A stretch of DNA of 64,000 nucleotides. Origin: Paraspadella gotoi (Eukaryota > Animalia > Chaetognatha). This document shows, in pieces, positions 49,216-64,000 of the stretch (its first letter is position 1; each line of letters opens with the position of its first letter). A program made the position numbers and the translations under genes. The stretch spans positions 1,106,262 through 1,170,261 of the forward strand of contig JBJCIZ010000744.1 in assembly GCA_051294375.1 (NCBI GenBank). The letters run 5' to 3'. A model generated the notes under the pieces. The model worked only from the letters and a program-made list of their open reading frames with translations, did not search any database and had not been told where the DNA came from.

Positions 49216-51557
49216 CTTGTTTGTTTATTTACATTTTTTTTTAAAGGATGTTTATTATTTCGAATAGAGAGTGAGCTCTGGAAAACACAAATTAAAAAAA
49301 ATCGGTAATGATGTCTTCTTTCAATGCAGAAAATTGTGTTTGCCAACAAATTGCATAATAAGTGAGGAAAGTATTTTATGTGTAATCGTTAAATATATGG
49401 AATCTTTTATCACAGTTTTAGTCCCTTTTTTCCCTTCGCCCATAGAATCATAATTTTTAGTCTCAATGATGGGAAGATAATATTGGATTCGCGTCGTCAA
49501 GGATGTAATTCGTTGACTCCAAGTCCCCGGATGTTGAAGAACTCGAAGGAAACTGAGCAAAAGTTAATAAATATCAAAAGGAAAGTTAAAACAAAGTCAA
49601 CCTATCTTATCATTAATGTTAGGATATCAAGCTAGATAGCAATCTGACTAAAAAAAAAGTAATTAGCGAAGAGACTTGCTCAATGCTTTCATAACAAATA
49701 GTTGTATCTCTTCATTGGCTACTATTCAAAACTGAACAAAGGAGTTTCAAGATATTTTGGAATTGACTTATATTTCGGACTAGTGTGTTGGATCGTGATA
49801 TACGGGCAAAGCTTGGTAACATAGCGGAATTTGGAAAAAAAAAAGATGGTGAATACGAACGAATTGAGACCGTGGAATTCTCTGTGAAGAGGCAATGAGC
49901 TAATTAGCGAACAAGCTAATAGGACCATTAGCTTCTAAAGCTTACAAACGAATAAAACGATCAACTCTTTCAAAAAGATAATAAATTTATTCCCATTTTA
50001 TTTCCAGCCCAAAATTGGTTCCTCCCCGTCTTGTCATCATTCGACGATCTCGACCCGTCATGTTAAAAAAACATGTCAACAAATGGTTCGTCTCTTTCTT
50101 TTTTAAATACTGACCCCCCCCTCAATAGGGGGAACATATGTCGCGGGTTACGTGATTTGTAATAATTAAATATACGCATGACAACTGGGATCGTTTACGA
50201 ATCTCGAGAAACTTAAAATTTTAGTTTTTCTTTGTATGTTATAATTTATAAAATCGTGAACCAAAAAACACAAAATAGTAATTTGTCCGTTTCAAAAAAA
50301 AATGTAGCTTTTAATTATTATTTCTGAGCATTTGTCTTCGTGCGCAATGTATTGCTGGAGTATTGTATACACGTATATGCATTTAGAACTATAACAGTTA
50401 AGGCGAATAGCCATGCAAATTATTTTTAAAACGCGCGACGATGACGCAAACGAGATAATAATTTTATTATGAATGAGATTAATCATAATAATCAACGTCG
50501 CGTTTCTCTGATTAAGGCGAATTTACCTGATTACAAAGACTACGGTCTTCCTTCACCAAACTGATAATTATGTAAGTATATATAGTTTGTTATATCGATA
50601 TCGGGGTTATGGTTAAATTTTTGACACAAGGGTACTCTTTATTCGGAATAAAATTCCAGAATGAAAAAGAAAATTAGACTTTTCGACAGATGAGAAGAAA
50701 TTTTCTTAGAATTTAATGAATAACTTTAGGTATTTTTAATATTTTATCCTATTCAATTTAATTTGTTGAGTAAAATAATTTATTATACGATTAACTTGTG
50801 ACAAAAAGTGTCTTGGTTTTAACTGTCGGACAATAATTTTCTCAGATGGCGTTTGCAAAAAAAAAAAAAAAAAAAAATATCTGATATGGAGTTTGAGAAA
50901 TTTTAGGGATAAGAGGTAATTTACATATTACAACGATTGATTATTAACCAGCGGAGATAATTTTTTTAAATTTGTTTCGTGTTAAAACTATCTAGAGGTA
51001 GAGAGAGAGAGAGACATTAGTTTATGCGGTACACACATTAACAAATCGACTTCTATAAACGTTTTAAATTAATGATATATAACATCTCAAAAAGCAAATG
51101 ATAAAAGATTAATGGCATGACAGTCTAAAACAATTGATTTAATTTACCCCTCAAAAAAAAAAAAGAAAAAAAAAAAAGAGGCCCGAAGCTAAATATGACA
51201 GCGAATCAAAAAAAGGCGTTCAGCCCCGGGAGAGATCACGCCAAGCTCATTGCAATCGGCAATCTGCACCCAGGGAAGATCGTCCAAGTGTCTCAGCGAA
51301 GAGAGATCATGCAAAACGGGAAGATCATTGAGGAATCATATCCCCAAGGGGAACCAACTTTCCTCCCCAGGGGGAAAGATTCATCTGAAAATCTCAACCT
51401 CCCCTGGAGAACCGTTATCCGAATGATCTTTTCCCAGAGTGGGTGATTAGGAAAGCCCCCATAAATTCTACCCCCTAGGGGCAAAAGCTCCTTTTCCCCA
51501 CCCCCTCCTTCCCCTAAAGGGGAATAATCTTCCTCCTAATCTTCCTCAGAGTCAAGA

Positions 51558-54500
51558 TCATCCGTTGAATGCGGAAGAGGAGAACCCGATGCGTGGGGGT
51601 GGACCCGGGGAAGACCCCCCCGGGCCGTACGAGTTCGCGTTGCTGTGGGCGCCTGAATAAGAATTTATTTATTTTAGTTAATAAATCTGTGAATATTTTT
51701 AATTAATTTTATTGGTTAAAGAGACATTGATAATTTTATACAATGTTTTGAAGCATTGCATTAAACAACCCAACACGCGCTAAGGAGTTTCCTGTGCCTC
51801 GACTAGCTCCTTCTATTCAGATCTGTCCTTATCTTACCACACTGTCCAATCCCTTTGAATCACAGCATTCAGCAATAGACCAACCTGTCCTGGCCTTCTT
51901 GGCCTCCTGCTCCCTCTGCAGCTCGTCCAGCCGCCTGAGCAGTTGATCCCTCAGTGCGAGCAGCTCGCGGTTGCGCAGATGGATGGGCTCCTGGGGTCGC
52001 ATGCGCGGGTTCCATCGCACGAAGTAGTTCGTCCACAACTCGATCCGGCGGAGGCTGGCCACGGGATGCAGCACGTGGGTGCAGTAGTAGGGGGCGAAGA
52101 GGGGGTTGAGGAATTCCTCGATGTTGCTGGAATGAGGAGATGGAGGAGGGGGGGAAGAGAAAGGAAGGGAAGACAAAAGCAGGAAGGAGAGAGAGGGGGG
52201 ACATAATACCAGTTTCGATCAAAATCCAAATTCCAGAGCAAAAAAAACCAAAAAACAAGTTCACATTTAATTACAAAATGCGATGCTATATTTTAATTAA
52301 ACAAGAACTATAATTCAAATGTGTTGCGCCGCAGTGACTGCCTAATCACGATATGATATGACGTGACATAACACGACTACATGACTACATTAACTTTCTC
52401 AGCCCGCGTATTTAAAGACATACACTGCATCAAAATTCCGTCTTTTAATCTATTTTAGTTTTAGGATTTCTTGAAAGCGGCGATTGCAGTCCCTTAGATT
52501 TGAGCTTTTTTCTGTCTTAGCAACCAACTATAAGGAAATTCTATGCATTTTTAACGTAAGTGAAACAGACCGATGGACAGACATACCGACCGACGGACCG
52601 AAAAGTAACTTATAAAGTTGCTCCGCGAGTACTCGCGGCGCAACTAACAAGTACCGATCACCGTCCATCGGCAGGAAAAAGGAAAACAACAACCAATCAA
52701 TCACCAATCAATCAATCCATTGAAACCACCAACCTGTTGACGAGCGACCAGAGGGACTGAGTTCGATCCTTGACCTTTTCCTTGGTTCTCTCCTTCTCCG
52801 AATTGAAGAGGAAAGTCCCGAAGAGGTTGGAGTAGAGATGATCCAAGACGGTGATGAGGAAATACTCGTTGAATTCCAACGCGTGAGGAAACTGGTTGCT
52901 GATCTGTGTTGGGGGGCGGCGGTGGGGAGGGGGGAGAAGGGGGGCAAGGTGGAATATGAGGGGAGGGGGGTGGGAGGGAAAGAGAAAGAGAAAGGGTTGT
53001 ACCGGCGTTAGCAAAATGAGATCCGAGTTTACATCGAGTCAAATTAGCACTTTAATTGCAAAGATGCAAGTCGAAAATTTTGAGACCTTATCAATTTTTC
53101 CCCCCTCAGAGCCGAGGCCACGCTAATAATATCAGCTCAACTCCCTTCTATTTGATTTCATTATTTTTACGGAAACGCTACGAAAAGCAAGCCTCGACGA
53201 GCCGCTTCAACGCAAGACATTTGAAAAAGACGACAAAGTAAATCAAAATCAAGTTATTACTCTAATAGACTAATAGAAGAAAATAACGCCCAAAACTTGT
53301 AAACACCGCAACATGCAAATGAGATTAATGAACGCTCCCCACACACTACCTGCCAAACGCAGTCGATAAACTGTAGAAATACTGGTGATCGGTCCGGGTC
53401 GGAGTGTTTGTCTTCGCCGTGACCGACGCGTTGCGCAAACTTGTGGCCGAAAGCCAGCCACTCTTTCTCGATGAGGACCTCGAATCCGCGAACGGTTCTT
53501 AAGGGGAGGGAATGTTATGGTTACTAATGATTATAATTATAATCAATGTGACTTTTATCACGTCTGTCTGTCGCTTTTTGATCCATTATTCTCATCTTCA
53601 TCGGTCAATCATTATTTCTTTCACCACAAATAATCATTATGCTCATTATCACAGTCTTCATCTTTATCAACATCATTTTTATCACCATAACCACAAAAAT
53701 CATAAGAACAATCATCATATCTTCAGAGATAATAATCATTATCATCGTCATCCTCACGCATTATAACAATGCTGACCCCTCCCCCCCCCTCACCGATAAT
53801 AAGGATCGAGCAGCAGCATGGCGAGTGAGGTTAGCTGCGAGGTCCTGTCCCATCCGTCCGAGCAGTGGACCAGGACCGAGGTCTTGTTCCCCTCGACGGT
53901 GTGGGCGATGCGGACGGCGCCGGCCAAGATGAACTTTATGTGCTCCAACCAGTGCGTCGACTCGAGATTCGACAACCTGTTTGGCGAAGGGGGGGGGGCA
54001 AGTGAGAGGAAAACGGAGGGGGGGGGTTGAGAGGAGAGCAGGGGGAAAGAGAGAGACGATGAGGGTTAATGAGGGAAAGAAAAGAGGAAAGGAAAGATAG
54101 GATAATAAAAGTAGAGTGGAGGGAGGGAGATAGAAAGGAGACCAATTGAAGGTGAAGGTTGAGGCAGAATCGGGAGATGGGCAAAGACGGAGGTCAAGAA
54201 AGGTAATTATTAATTATTAATTATTAACGACATTTCGTCATCAATGATCACAGTTTAGTCGCTTAAAAACCAAGTTGTCTTCCGACCAAAACGACATCGA
54301 TCACTATCACCAATTCCTTCAATTAAATTCACACGAATTCCTCCCTCAAAACCTAATCACCCAATCACCAATGAGGAAAACCCAATCACCTTTGAACGCA
54401 ATTCCTCTCACCAATGATTATCGTCGATGGTGGGAAAGACGAGTTCCTTGAGTTTTCGCAGTGACTCCCTCATCACGTGAATGTTGTGAATGTCGAGGAA

Positions 54501-57500
54501 GACGAGGTCGATGTTTTGATAAACTTCGTCGTTCTCGTATCCACCGCCTTTCGCTTTGTTCGCCACCGCGTTAACCGACGGTCTGATGAGGAAAGAAAAG
54601 ACGAGTTGTTGGCCTTTTCTCTTGGTTTTCGTTTGTTGTTAAAATTGGTCGTTTGTTGTAAAAAGCGGGTGTCGTCGAAATTGGTCTTAGTTTGATGTTA
54701 CTTGTGAGGCCGAACGCCCTCGACGCTCTTTCTCTCTTCGCCCATCGAGAACCAGACCTTATGTGTCACCTGACCACCTGACCGGTCTGCTGTCAGGTCG
54801 CCCCTTGCTCTAACGACTTTCTTCGATCGTGGCCGTCACCACAAGATCCACAACTGATTCAACACTCGAACCCGTCACGACGTTAGCTGACTTTTGACTC
54901 CTTTAACATTATACTATGTTTCTAAACTTGTTTGTTTAATGTTTGTTGTTGTATTTTCGATTGTTGAACGTTGATTGCTTGTGTAGAGGAAGTAATTGGA
55001 TACAATATTTTGGCGGTAAGGATTTCGAGGTGAAAAAACAAAAGAAAACTAGGTCCTTTTAAGTCAAAGTCAAATTCCAACCAGGGTCAACTTTGATTAA
55101 CAATCAACGGTTCCCAGGTTCCCACCTGGCGTCCATTATGGCAAGCTTGTAGCTCTGAGCATTGGCCTCCATTATGTGTTGAATGTATTTTTCATCCTCT
55201 TTACATCTTTTCCCGCCGACTCCGACCATGGGCTGGAAGGAAAAAAAAAAATTTTGTCGTGAGTCTTTCAGTCCATTCGTTTGATTAGTTGACAATTTCT
55301 GGATTAATTTCAAGTCGGTGTTTTGTTCACTGAAAATCTTAATAATAATAATATTAATATTAATTAATATTACTTGAGAGCTCCGAGTTATCGTGGCCTG
55401 CGATTCCGGGTGAATCCAGGAAAGAACTGGAATGCGAGACCGGGATCGGAATTGCGCCACGGCTGAGAAAGAGACAAAAAAAGAGTATTAAACATTGTTA
55501 TACATTATACAAAATACATTTGACTAAATATCAAACTGATAACAATTCAAATCTGATCAAAACGCAAACCGATATTCCACAATCGGCCAACTTACCCCTG
55601 AGATCTTCGTCGGAGGCGGCCTGAGGGACGCCCAAGAGCGAAGGGTAAGTATCGCAAAATTCGAATCGCTCGTTGATCCTCGCGATCCGCCACGACTCGT
55701 TGGGGAGGCCCATTCGCTTCAACTCCTATTCAATGGTTAATTCAGTATTATAATCAATGTTTTTAATACATTCATCAACGGGTTCATTACCTTGAGCGCG
55801 TCGTAAACGCTCCAGCCGTTTTCCTCGTACTCTTCCGTGTACTCGTAGGCAAAGAGCGGAAGTTTGTGCGAAAGTGGAAAAGCGTATTGTTGCAGCTTTT
55901 CGAAGACTTGACGTCTGGAAAAAAGTTAAATAAAATTTAGATATTAAGATTTCGTAAATATAAACGGGAGAAAATATATACATTTAGGCATCAATGAAAT
56001 TTCATCCCATATAATATCTACTAGAATTCATTTATTCTGACCTACAGCTAATTAATTAATTAATTCATTCATTCATTCATTCATTCCATCCTTTCAGCCG
56101 GAACCGATTCATTCAGTCGCCAAAATCTTTCAAACAGATAAAATTAATAATCGGTTTCCAAAAAAAAACAAAAAAAAAAACAAACTTTTAAACCTTAGCC
56201 TCACCTGGAATGATTTTCCTGTTTACAAGCGAATCTCAAATTGCGAATATCTTTGCAAAATATTTCGATTCCGTACGAATTTTCTCCGCGCGAAGTTTGT
56301 CCGCCCACTTTTTCCACGCGGACGACGACGCCCAAAGGGACGTCGAGAACGAAGGGAGGGTCCTTGGGAGTTTATGACCGAGGTCGTTAACCGATTGACC
56401 GAGGTCGTTAAATCACTCACGACTTTTAACCGTTAACCCGTTTTATACCTGGTGAATACTGCAGAAATACAACTTGTAATTTGTGACTGATAAGGTTCCG
56501 GGAATGGTTTGGGGGAAAGTGGAATACGGGCAGAGGTAAGTCACGTCCATGGCTTTGCCTGAAACACGATCAAATTCTAAATTTATATTCAAATTTGTAA
56601 TAATAAATAATTTTAAACATCAGCAATGCCTAAATATTATTAGAATAAAAGTAAGTTCATCATAAATTTTAAAATTTAAACGCCGTTAAGGGCTATAGGG
56701 AGTCGGCCATAAACAATGCTCTAAAAATCTGTTTTAAGTAATTATAGTACTTTTTCGACGAGAACGTTATAGGTCAATGACCAAATTTCGACATAATAAT
56801 TATTGGACTCCCTATAGCCCTTAATGTAAAATTAATCTTATTTACTAAAAATTACTAAAAAGCAGAAGAGAAGTAGAAAAAAAGCAAATCGTGAAATGGG
56901 TATAAAACCAGGGCCCAACCCATAACCTTACCCCTCCCCCCCGCCCATCCTCCTCTCAAAAACTTACCCTGAACGCGTTCCCCCGGCAGCAGCGGGGGAT
57001 CTTCCGAGGGGACGAGCTTGGCGGCTTCTTTGAAGACCCGCGGCTCTTGTTGCTTCATCACATTTTCCGCCGACGTCGATGTCGAACTGCTCGGACTCGA
57101 GCAGAGGCTCTGCGCGGAGGACGAAAATACCATTTGCATATTGCGGTTTAAATTAGGTGATAAATGTTAACTGAATTAAAAAGACTGTTTTGCTTGACCC
57201 ATTGGGGTATTCTCAAGCTTTACACGAGCTATCAGATACATTATTCTCGCTGACTGAAAATAACTGAGCTCGCCGAAGCGGTTGCTAACAACACATGAGC
57301 AAATTCATCGTTCTAACAGATTTTAAAAGAATAAGTGAGAGGGGAAAGAAGGGAGAGAGGAAAGAAGGGAGAGAGGAAAGACGGGAGAGAGAAGACGGGA
57401 GAGAGGAAAGACGGAGAGAGGAAAAGGGGAAGGATGGAAAAGGAGAGGCAGAAAGAAAGTATGATGAAAGAGAAAAGTAGAAAAAACAAAATGAGAAGGT

Positions 57501-57666
57501 AGAAAGGAAGGAAGGAAAAAAGGGAAATGGGGGGGGGGAAGGAAAGAGAAAGAAAACGAAGACGGAAAAAAATTTAAGAGCCGAAAAAACAACAACAACA
57601 ACGACAACTCGTTACCTTTGAAGGCGATCCGGCCTTCTCAGAATGAGTCGTGTCTGTGCTGACCAT
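51558..57666 (-). CDS. MTMR2: Myotubularin phosphoinositide 3-phosphatase (MTM1/MTMR1/MTMR2 group)
   Basis: PH-GRAM exons ([34 protein letters not shown]), [15 protein letters not shown], catalytic [13 protein letters not shown] and coiled-coil exons; TGA at 51558-51560. An upstream exon may be missing. Confidence 0.93.
56690..56820. mobile_element. 131-bp MITE with TTAA target duplication (Kolobok-like termini)
   Basis: TTAA|GGGCTATAGGGAGTC...GACTCCCTATAGCCC|TTAA, perfect 15-bp TIRs. Confidence 0.8.
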
Positions 57667-58223
57667 TGAGTCGCCTGAGAAAAAGAAAGAATCGCTGTTA
57701 AGCGAAAAATCGGCGACATCGCGACGACACACTCGTCCCATCCCCAAGCAACTTAAAACCACCTCGACAAACCGTCTAACCACTCTTCACCACTTTTACC
57801 ACGACCCAAAACCACAGATCATCCCCCGCGACACAACATTCAAACCTCGCTCAACCACCATTTCCATAATCCACGAACCACTCCAAATCCCCCACCTCGC
57901 CAAACTCCCTCTTCACCACGCCCCAGAATCCCCCCTCACGATCACCGGCCGACGTCGGATCCCCAGATTTCTCCATTCTCCTTCCCCCCCCCTCCCTTCC
58001 CTCTCCTAGTACTAGATTAGCGTGGCCGGCGATGAATGAGAAAATTTTAAAGAGTGAGGCTAACAATCAGGCCTTTATATACTAGTTTGGTGGGGCTCGT
58101 GAGAGGTTGGAAAAATTTAAAGGCAAGGGCCTTACGATCGGGCCTTTCTATACTAGATTGGAGGAGCTGGTGAGAAATTAGAAAAAAATTTTAAATTTGG
58201 GGCTTATAATCGGACTAATGCGA

Positions 58224-58249
58224 ANNNNNNNNNNNNNNNNNNNNNNNNN
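58224..58249. other. Assembly gap
   Basis: Run of N. Confidence 1.
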
Positions 58250-59219
58250 GAGAGAGTAGATCTCGCTGTAGCCTACAGTGTAGGAGCTAACGGATATTTT
58301 TATGGTGCTTTAGAGAGAGATGCCACAAAACCTCTTTCACCGAGCTATCGTTCAGACATTTAAATTATTTTAATTATTTTAAACCGTCTTTTTTCTTTCA
58401 TCTACTCTTCAGACCATCGGGGACCATGGTTTTTACCCAGCAAACCGGACACAACAAGCCACGGCAAGGGGGAGTTCTCACGCATGGTCCCACGGGGCCC
58501 GCCAATACTTTAGAGAATCGCAGGATCTACTCTGAGGGAAGGAGCGAGGGGCGAGGAGGATGGAGAGGCGGCGGTCGGGCGGAGAAGGTAACTTCGTGGG
58601 TGAATTCGTTAAGGAGACTCCTGAATGGATTGTGGGTGAATAGAGTCCAAATACTCCATAACTTTTTCATCCAATGGCAATAAATAACAAACAATTTTTA
58701 TAATTAAACTTGTTATTTCGTAGCTCAAATTACACGGAGGACACCACAAAAAGTAATTACAGATATCATAGAAATTTAAACGCGATAACTTTTCAAATAC
58801 TTGTATGAATTACTGCTATATGCAAATGAGATTAAGACCACGAGCTCTTTCTACAAACTGGACCGTATGAGGAAGAGCTTGGGTTCTTGTCTCTGCATCG
58901 TGAACGAATCTGTGCATCCTCGCCGAAAGACCGACGAGGGACCGCCGATGCGATTGAGCGAGGATGATGAAGATGGAGGAGCACGCCCAAAGCGCCGCAG
59001 TGGATCTTGAGGATTCGCGGGAAATCCCTCAAAGTGAAAAAATTAAATCAATTTAATAATTAAAAGTCCATTAAATTCACTGAGATACATGTTTTGCCAT
59101 AGTAAGATTATCTTGAGACATTTTTACACGTTTCATTTCTTAAGTCTAACAAAATCTTATTTACTAAATATCACAAACACAATTACATTTTTGATATTCA
59201 GTAGTTTTAATTAATTATA

Positions 59220-59259
<40 letters not shown>

Positions 59260-62200
59260 AGTGTACAAGATTTTACGTCTCGCCACTACTCTCTTAACTT
59301 TTTTCTCGGCCAGTTTTCAAATGGGCCAATATATTTCGCGGTCATTTAACCCGTATTCCGAGAGAGAAATAGTTTTTAAATCTCACTAATGACGTTTCGC
59401 CCGGAGAACTCCGTTTTTACGAGTTTTTCCGGTGATTTTTTGATATTAAAATAAAGTCTAATATTTCAATACGACTTTTTTCTTCCTAATTCTTCGGCAC
59501 TACTCGTGTTAAAACGTTACGACGAGCGTTACGAGACGTTTCGACCTCCACGGGCATAGAAATAACAAAAACATTTTCTACAATAAGTTTTATCAGTTTT
59601 TTTAATTAGTTGGTGTGAGTTACAAAAAGGTGAAAAATGAGAGTCGTTGTACAGAGACTCACTCTGAAAGACTTTGCCGGTTAGATTGTTGAGCTCGCCG
59701 ACTGTTCCGGCAAAGGAGAGGCGGAACATCCTTTAAGGCGCGGGCGGATCGTAGCCTACGGATCCAGCGTCTCGTCAGCGGTAGGAGTCCGAAGAGAAGG
59801 ATGGAGGCGCCGAGCGTCGCCACGCCCACCGTCAACCATTGACGCCATCCGATGCGACATCTTGTTTGTTTATTTACATTTTTTTTTAAAGGATGTTTAT
59901 TATTTCGAATAGAGAGTGGATCTGGAAAACACAAATTAAAAAAAAATCGGTAATGTGTCTTCTTTCAATGCAGAAAATTGTGTTTGCCAACAAATTGCAT
60001 AATAAGTGAGGAAAGTTATTTATATGTAATCGTTAAATATTATGGAATCTTTATCACACAGTTTTAGTCCCTTTTTTCCCTTCGCCATAGAATCATAATT
60101 TTTAGTCTCAATGATGGGAAGATAATATTGGATTCGCGTCGTCAAGGATGTAATTCGTTGACTCACCAGTCCCCGGATGTTGAAGAACTCGAAGGAAACT
60201 GAGCAAAAAGTTATAAATATCAAAAGAGAAAGTTAAAACAAAGTCAACCTATCTTATCATTTAATGTTAGGATATCAAGCTAGATAGCAATCTGACTAAA
60301 AAAAAAGTAATTAGCGAAGAGACTTGCTCAATGCTTTCATAACAAATAGTTGTATCTCTTCATTGGCTACTATTCAAAACTGAACAAAGGAGTTTCAAGA
60401 TATTTTGGAATTGACTTATATTTCGGACTAGTGTGTTGGATCGTGATATACGGGCAAAGCTTGGTAACATAGCGGATTTGGAAAAAAAAAAAGATGGTGA
60501 ATACGAACGAATTGAGACCGTGGAATTCTCTGTGAAGAGGCAATGAGCTAATTACGGACAAGGTAATAGGACCATTAGCTTCTAAAGCTTACAAACGATA
60601 AAACGATCAACTCTTTCAAAAAAGATAATAAATTTATCCCATTTTATTTCCAGCCCAAAATTGGTTCCTCCCCGTCTTGTCATCATTTCGACGATCTCGA
60701 CCCGTCATGTTAAAAAAACATGTCAACAAATGGTTCGTCTCTTTCTTTTTAATACTGACCCCCCCTCAATAGGGGGAACATATGTCGCGGTTACGTGATT
60801 TGTAATAATTAATATACGCATGACAACTGGGATCGTTTACGAATCTCCGAGAAACTTAAAATTTTAGTTTTTCTTTGTATGTTATAATTTATAAACGTGA
60901 ACCAAAAAACACAAAATAGTAATTTGTCCGTTTCAAAAAAAAATGTAGCTTTTAATTATTATTTCTGAGCATTTGTCTTCGTGCGCAATGTATTGCTGGA
61001 GTATTGTAACACGTATATGCATTTAGAACTATAACAGTTAAGGCGAATAGCCATGCAAATTATTTTTAAAACGCGCGACGATGACGCAAACGAGATAATA
61101 ATTTTATTATAATGAGATTAATCATAATAATCAACGTCGCGTTTCTCTGATTAAGGCGAATTTACCTGATTACAAAGACTACGGTCTTCCTCACCAAACT
61201 GATAATATGTAATAGTATATAGATTTGTTATATCGATATCGGGTTATGGTTAAATTTTTTGACACAAGGGTACTCTTTATTCGGAATAAAATTCCAGAAT
61301 GAAAAAGAAAATTAGACTTTTCGACAGATGAGAAGAAATTTTTTTAGAATTTAATGAATAACTTAGGTATTTTTAATATTTTATCCTATTCAATTTAAAT
61401 TTGTTAGTAAAATAATTTATTATACGATTAACTTGTGACAAAAAGTGTCTTGGTTTTAACTGTCGTACAATAATTTCTCAGATGGCGTTTGCAAAAAAAA
61501 AAAAAAAAAAAATATCTGATATGGAGTTTGAGAAATTTTAGGGATAAGAGGTAATTTACATATTACAACGATTGATTATTAACCAGCGGAGATAATTTTT
61601 TAAATTTGTTTCGTGTTAAAACTATCTAGAGTAGAGGAGAGAGAGAGACATTAGTTTATGCGGTACACACATTAACAAATCGACTTCTATAAACGTTTTA
61701 AATTAATGATATTAACATCTCAAAAAGCAAATGATAAAAGATTAATGGCATACAGTCTAAAACAATTGATTTAATTTACCCACTAAAAAAAAGAAAAAAA
61801 AAAAAAGAGCCCGAAGCTAAATATGACAGCGAAAAAGTTAAGCCCGGGAGAGATCACGCCCTCATTGCAATCGGCAATCTGCACCCAGGGAAGATCGTCC
61901 AAGTGTCTCAGCGAAGAGAGATCATGCAAAACGGGAAGATCATTGAGGAATCATATCCCCAAGGGGAACCAACTTTCCTCCCCAGGGGGAAAGATTCATC
62001 TGAAAATCTCAACCTCCCCTGGAGAACCGTTATCCGAATGATCTTTTCCAGAGTGGGTGATTAGGAAAGCCCCCATAAATTCTACCCCTAGGGGCAAAAG
62101 CTCCTTTTCCCACCCCCTCCTTCCCCTAAAGGGGAATAATCTTCCTCCTAATCTTCCTCAGAGTCAAGATCATCCGTTGAATGCGGAAGAGGAGAACCCG

Positions 62201-64000
62201 ATGCGTGGGGTGGACCCGGGGAAGACCCCCCCGGGCCGTACGAGTTCGCGTTGCTGTGGGCGCTGAATAAGAATTTATTTATTTTAGTTAATAAATCTGT
62301 GATATTTTTTAATTAATTTTATTGGTTAAAGAGACATTGATAATTTTATACATGTTTTGAAGCATTGCATTAAACAACCCAACACGCGCTAAGGAGTTTC
62401 CTGTGCCTCGACTAGCTCCTTCTATTCAGATCTGTTCCTTATCTTACCACACTGTCCAATCCCTTTGAATCACAGCATTCAGCAATAGACCAACCTGTCC
62501 TGGCCTTCTTGCCTCCTGCTCCTCTGCAGCTCGTCCAGCCGCCTGAGCAGTTGATCCCTCAGTGCGAGCAGCTCGCGGTTGCGCAGATGGATGGCTCCTG
62601 GGGTCGCATGCGCGGGTTCCATCGCACGAAGTAGTTCGTCCACAACTGATCCGGCGGAGGCTGGCCACGGGATGCAGCACGTGGGTGCAGTAGTAGGGGG
62701 CGAAGAGGGGTGAGGAATTCCTCGATGGTTGCTGGAATGAGGAGATGGAGGGGGGGGGAAGAGAAAGGAAGGGAAGACAAAAGCAGGAAGGAGAGAAGAG
62801 GGGGACATAATACCAGTTTCGATCAAATCCAAATTCCAGAGCAAAAAAAACCAAAAAACAAGTTCACATTTAATTACAAAATGCGATGCTATATTTTAAT
62901 TAAACAAGAACTATAATTCAAATGTGTTGCGCCGCAGTGACTGCTCTAATCACGATATGATATGACGTGACATAACACGACTACATGACTACATTAACTT
63001 CTCAGCCCGCGTATTTAAAGACATACACTGCATCAAAATTCCGTCTTTTAATCTATTTTAGTTTTAGGATTTCTTGAAAGCGGCGATTGCAGTCCCTTAG
63101 ATTTGAGCTTTTTTCTGTCTTAGCAACCAACTATAAGGAAATTCTATGCATTTTTAACGTAAGTGAAACAGACCGATGGACAGACATACCGACCGACGGA
63201 CGAAAAGTAACTTATAAAGTTGCTCCGCGAGTACTCGCGCGCAACTAACAAGTACCGATCACCGTCCATCGGCAGGAAAAAGGAAAACAACAACCAATCA
63301 TCACCAATCAATCAATCCATTGAAACCACCACCTGTTGACGAGCGACCAGAGGACTGAGTTCGATCCTTGACCTTTTCCTGGTTCTCTCCTTCTCCGAAT
63401 TGAAGAGGAAAGTCCCGAAGAGGTTGGAGTAGAGATGATCCAAGACGGTGATGAGGAAATACTCGCTTGAATTCCAACGCGTGAGGAAACTGGTTGCTGA
63501 TCTGTGTTGGGGGCGGCGGTGGGGAGGGGGGAGAAGGGGGGCAAGGTGGAATATGAGGGGAGGGGGGTGGGAGGAAAGAGAAAGAGAAAAGGGTTGTACC
63601 GGCGTAGCAAAATGAGATCCGAGTTACATCGATCAAATTAGCACTTTAATTGCAAAGATGCAAGTCGAAAATTTGAGACCTTATCAATTTTTCCCCCTCA
63701 GAGCCGAGGCCACGCTAATAATATCAGCTCAACTCCCTTCTATTTGATTTCATTATTTTTACGGAAACGCTACGAAAAGCAAGCCTCGACGAGCCGCTTC
63801 AACGCAAGACATTTGAAAAAGACGACAAAGTAAATCAAAATCAAGTTATTACTCTAATAGACTAATAGAAGAAAATAACGCCAAAACTTGTAAAACACCG
63901 CAACATGCCAAATGAGATTATGAACGCTCCCCAACACACTACCTGCCAACGCAGTCGATAAACTGTAGAAATACTGGGATCGGTCCGGGTCGGGAGTGTT
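58250..64000 (-). other. Error-rich second copy of ~47600-53410 (mARC paralogue 2 5' exons and MTMR2 3' exons); probable false duplication at a contig overlap
   Basis: Colinear and near-identical including introns. Differences are mostly 1-bp indels, densest next to the gap. Confidence 0.8.

Noticed and set aside
58250-64000. Apparent tandem duplication or pseudogenes of mARC and MTMR2
   Set aside because: It begins at an N-gap and differs mainly by single-base indels that are densest near the gap, typical of an unpolished contig overlap. Read depth would settle it.

Overview
Intron-rich invertebrate animal genomic DNA with GC-rich exons and AT-rich, microsatellite-rich introns. Nine protein genes lie head-to-tail on the minus strand: MTMR2-like myotubularin, two tandem mARC/MOSC paralogues, NDUFB10, WDR35/IFT121, CCDC6, CNOT7/CAF1, a two-domain pacifastin-like inhibitor and eIF4E-transporter (4E-T, running off the window start). 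A divergent calcineurin B gene is nested antisense in a CCDC6 intron. After an N-gap at 58224-58249, the remaining 5.75 kb is an indel-ridden repeat of about 47600-53410, most likely an assembly artefact. The most notable signal is in the non-coding DNA. At least four unrelated repeat families carry a circularly permuted (P5-type) twister ribozyme fold, with base-pair covariation across copies. In families A and B it sits in ~250-bp TG...CA/TA units, several with 4-bp target-site duplications, and in A, B and C it follows a tRNA-like Pol III head. One locus (533-1216) has two such LTR-like units flanking a PBS-like and a PPT-like sequence. This suggests a candidate twister-based, Pol III-driven mini LTR retroelement that would release a 440-nt circularisable RNA. 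All structures were assigned by eye; no searches or folding programs were run.
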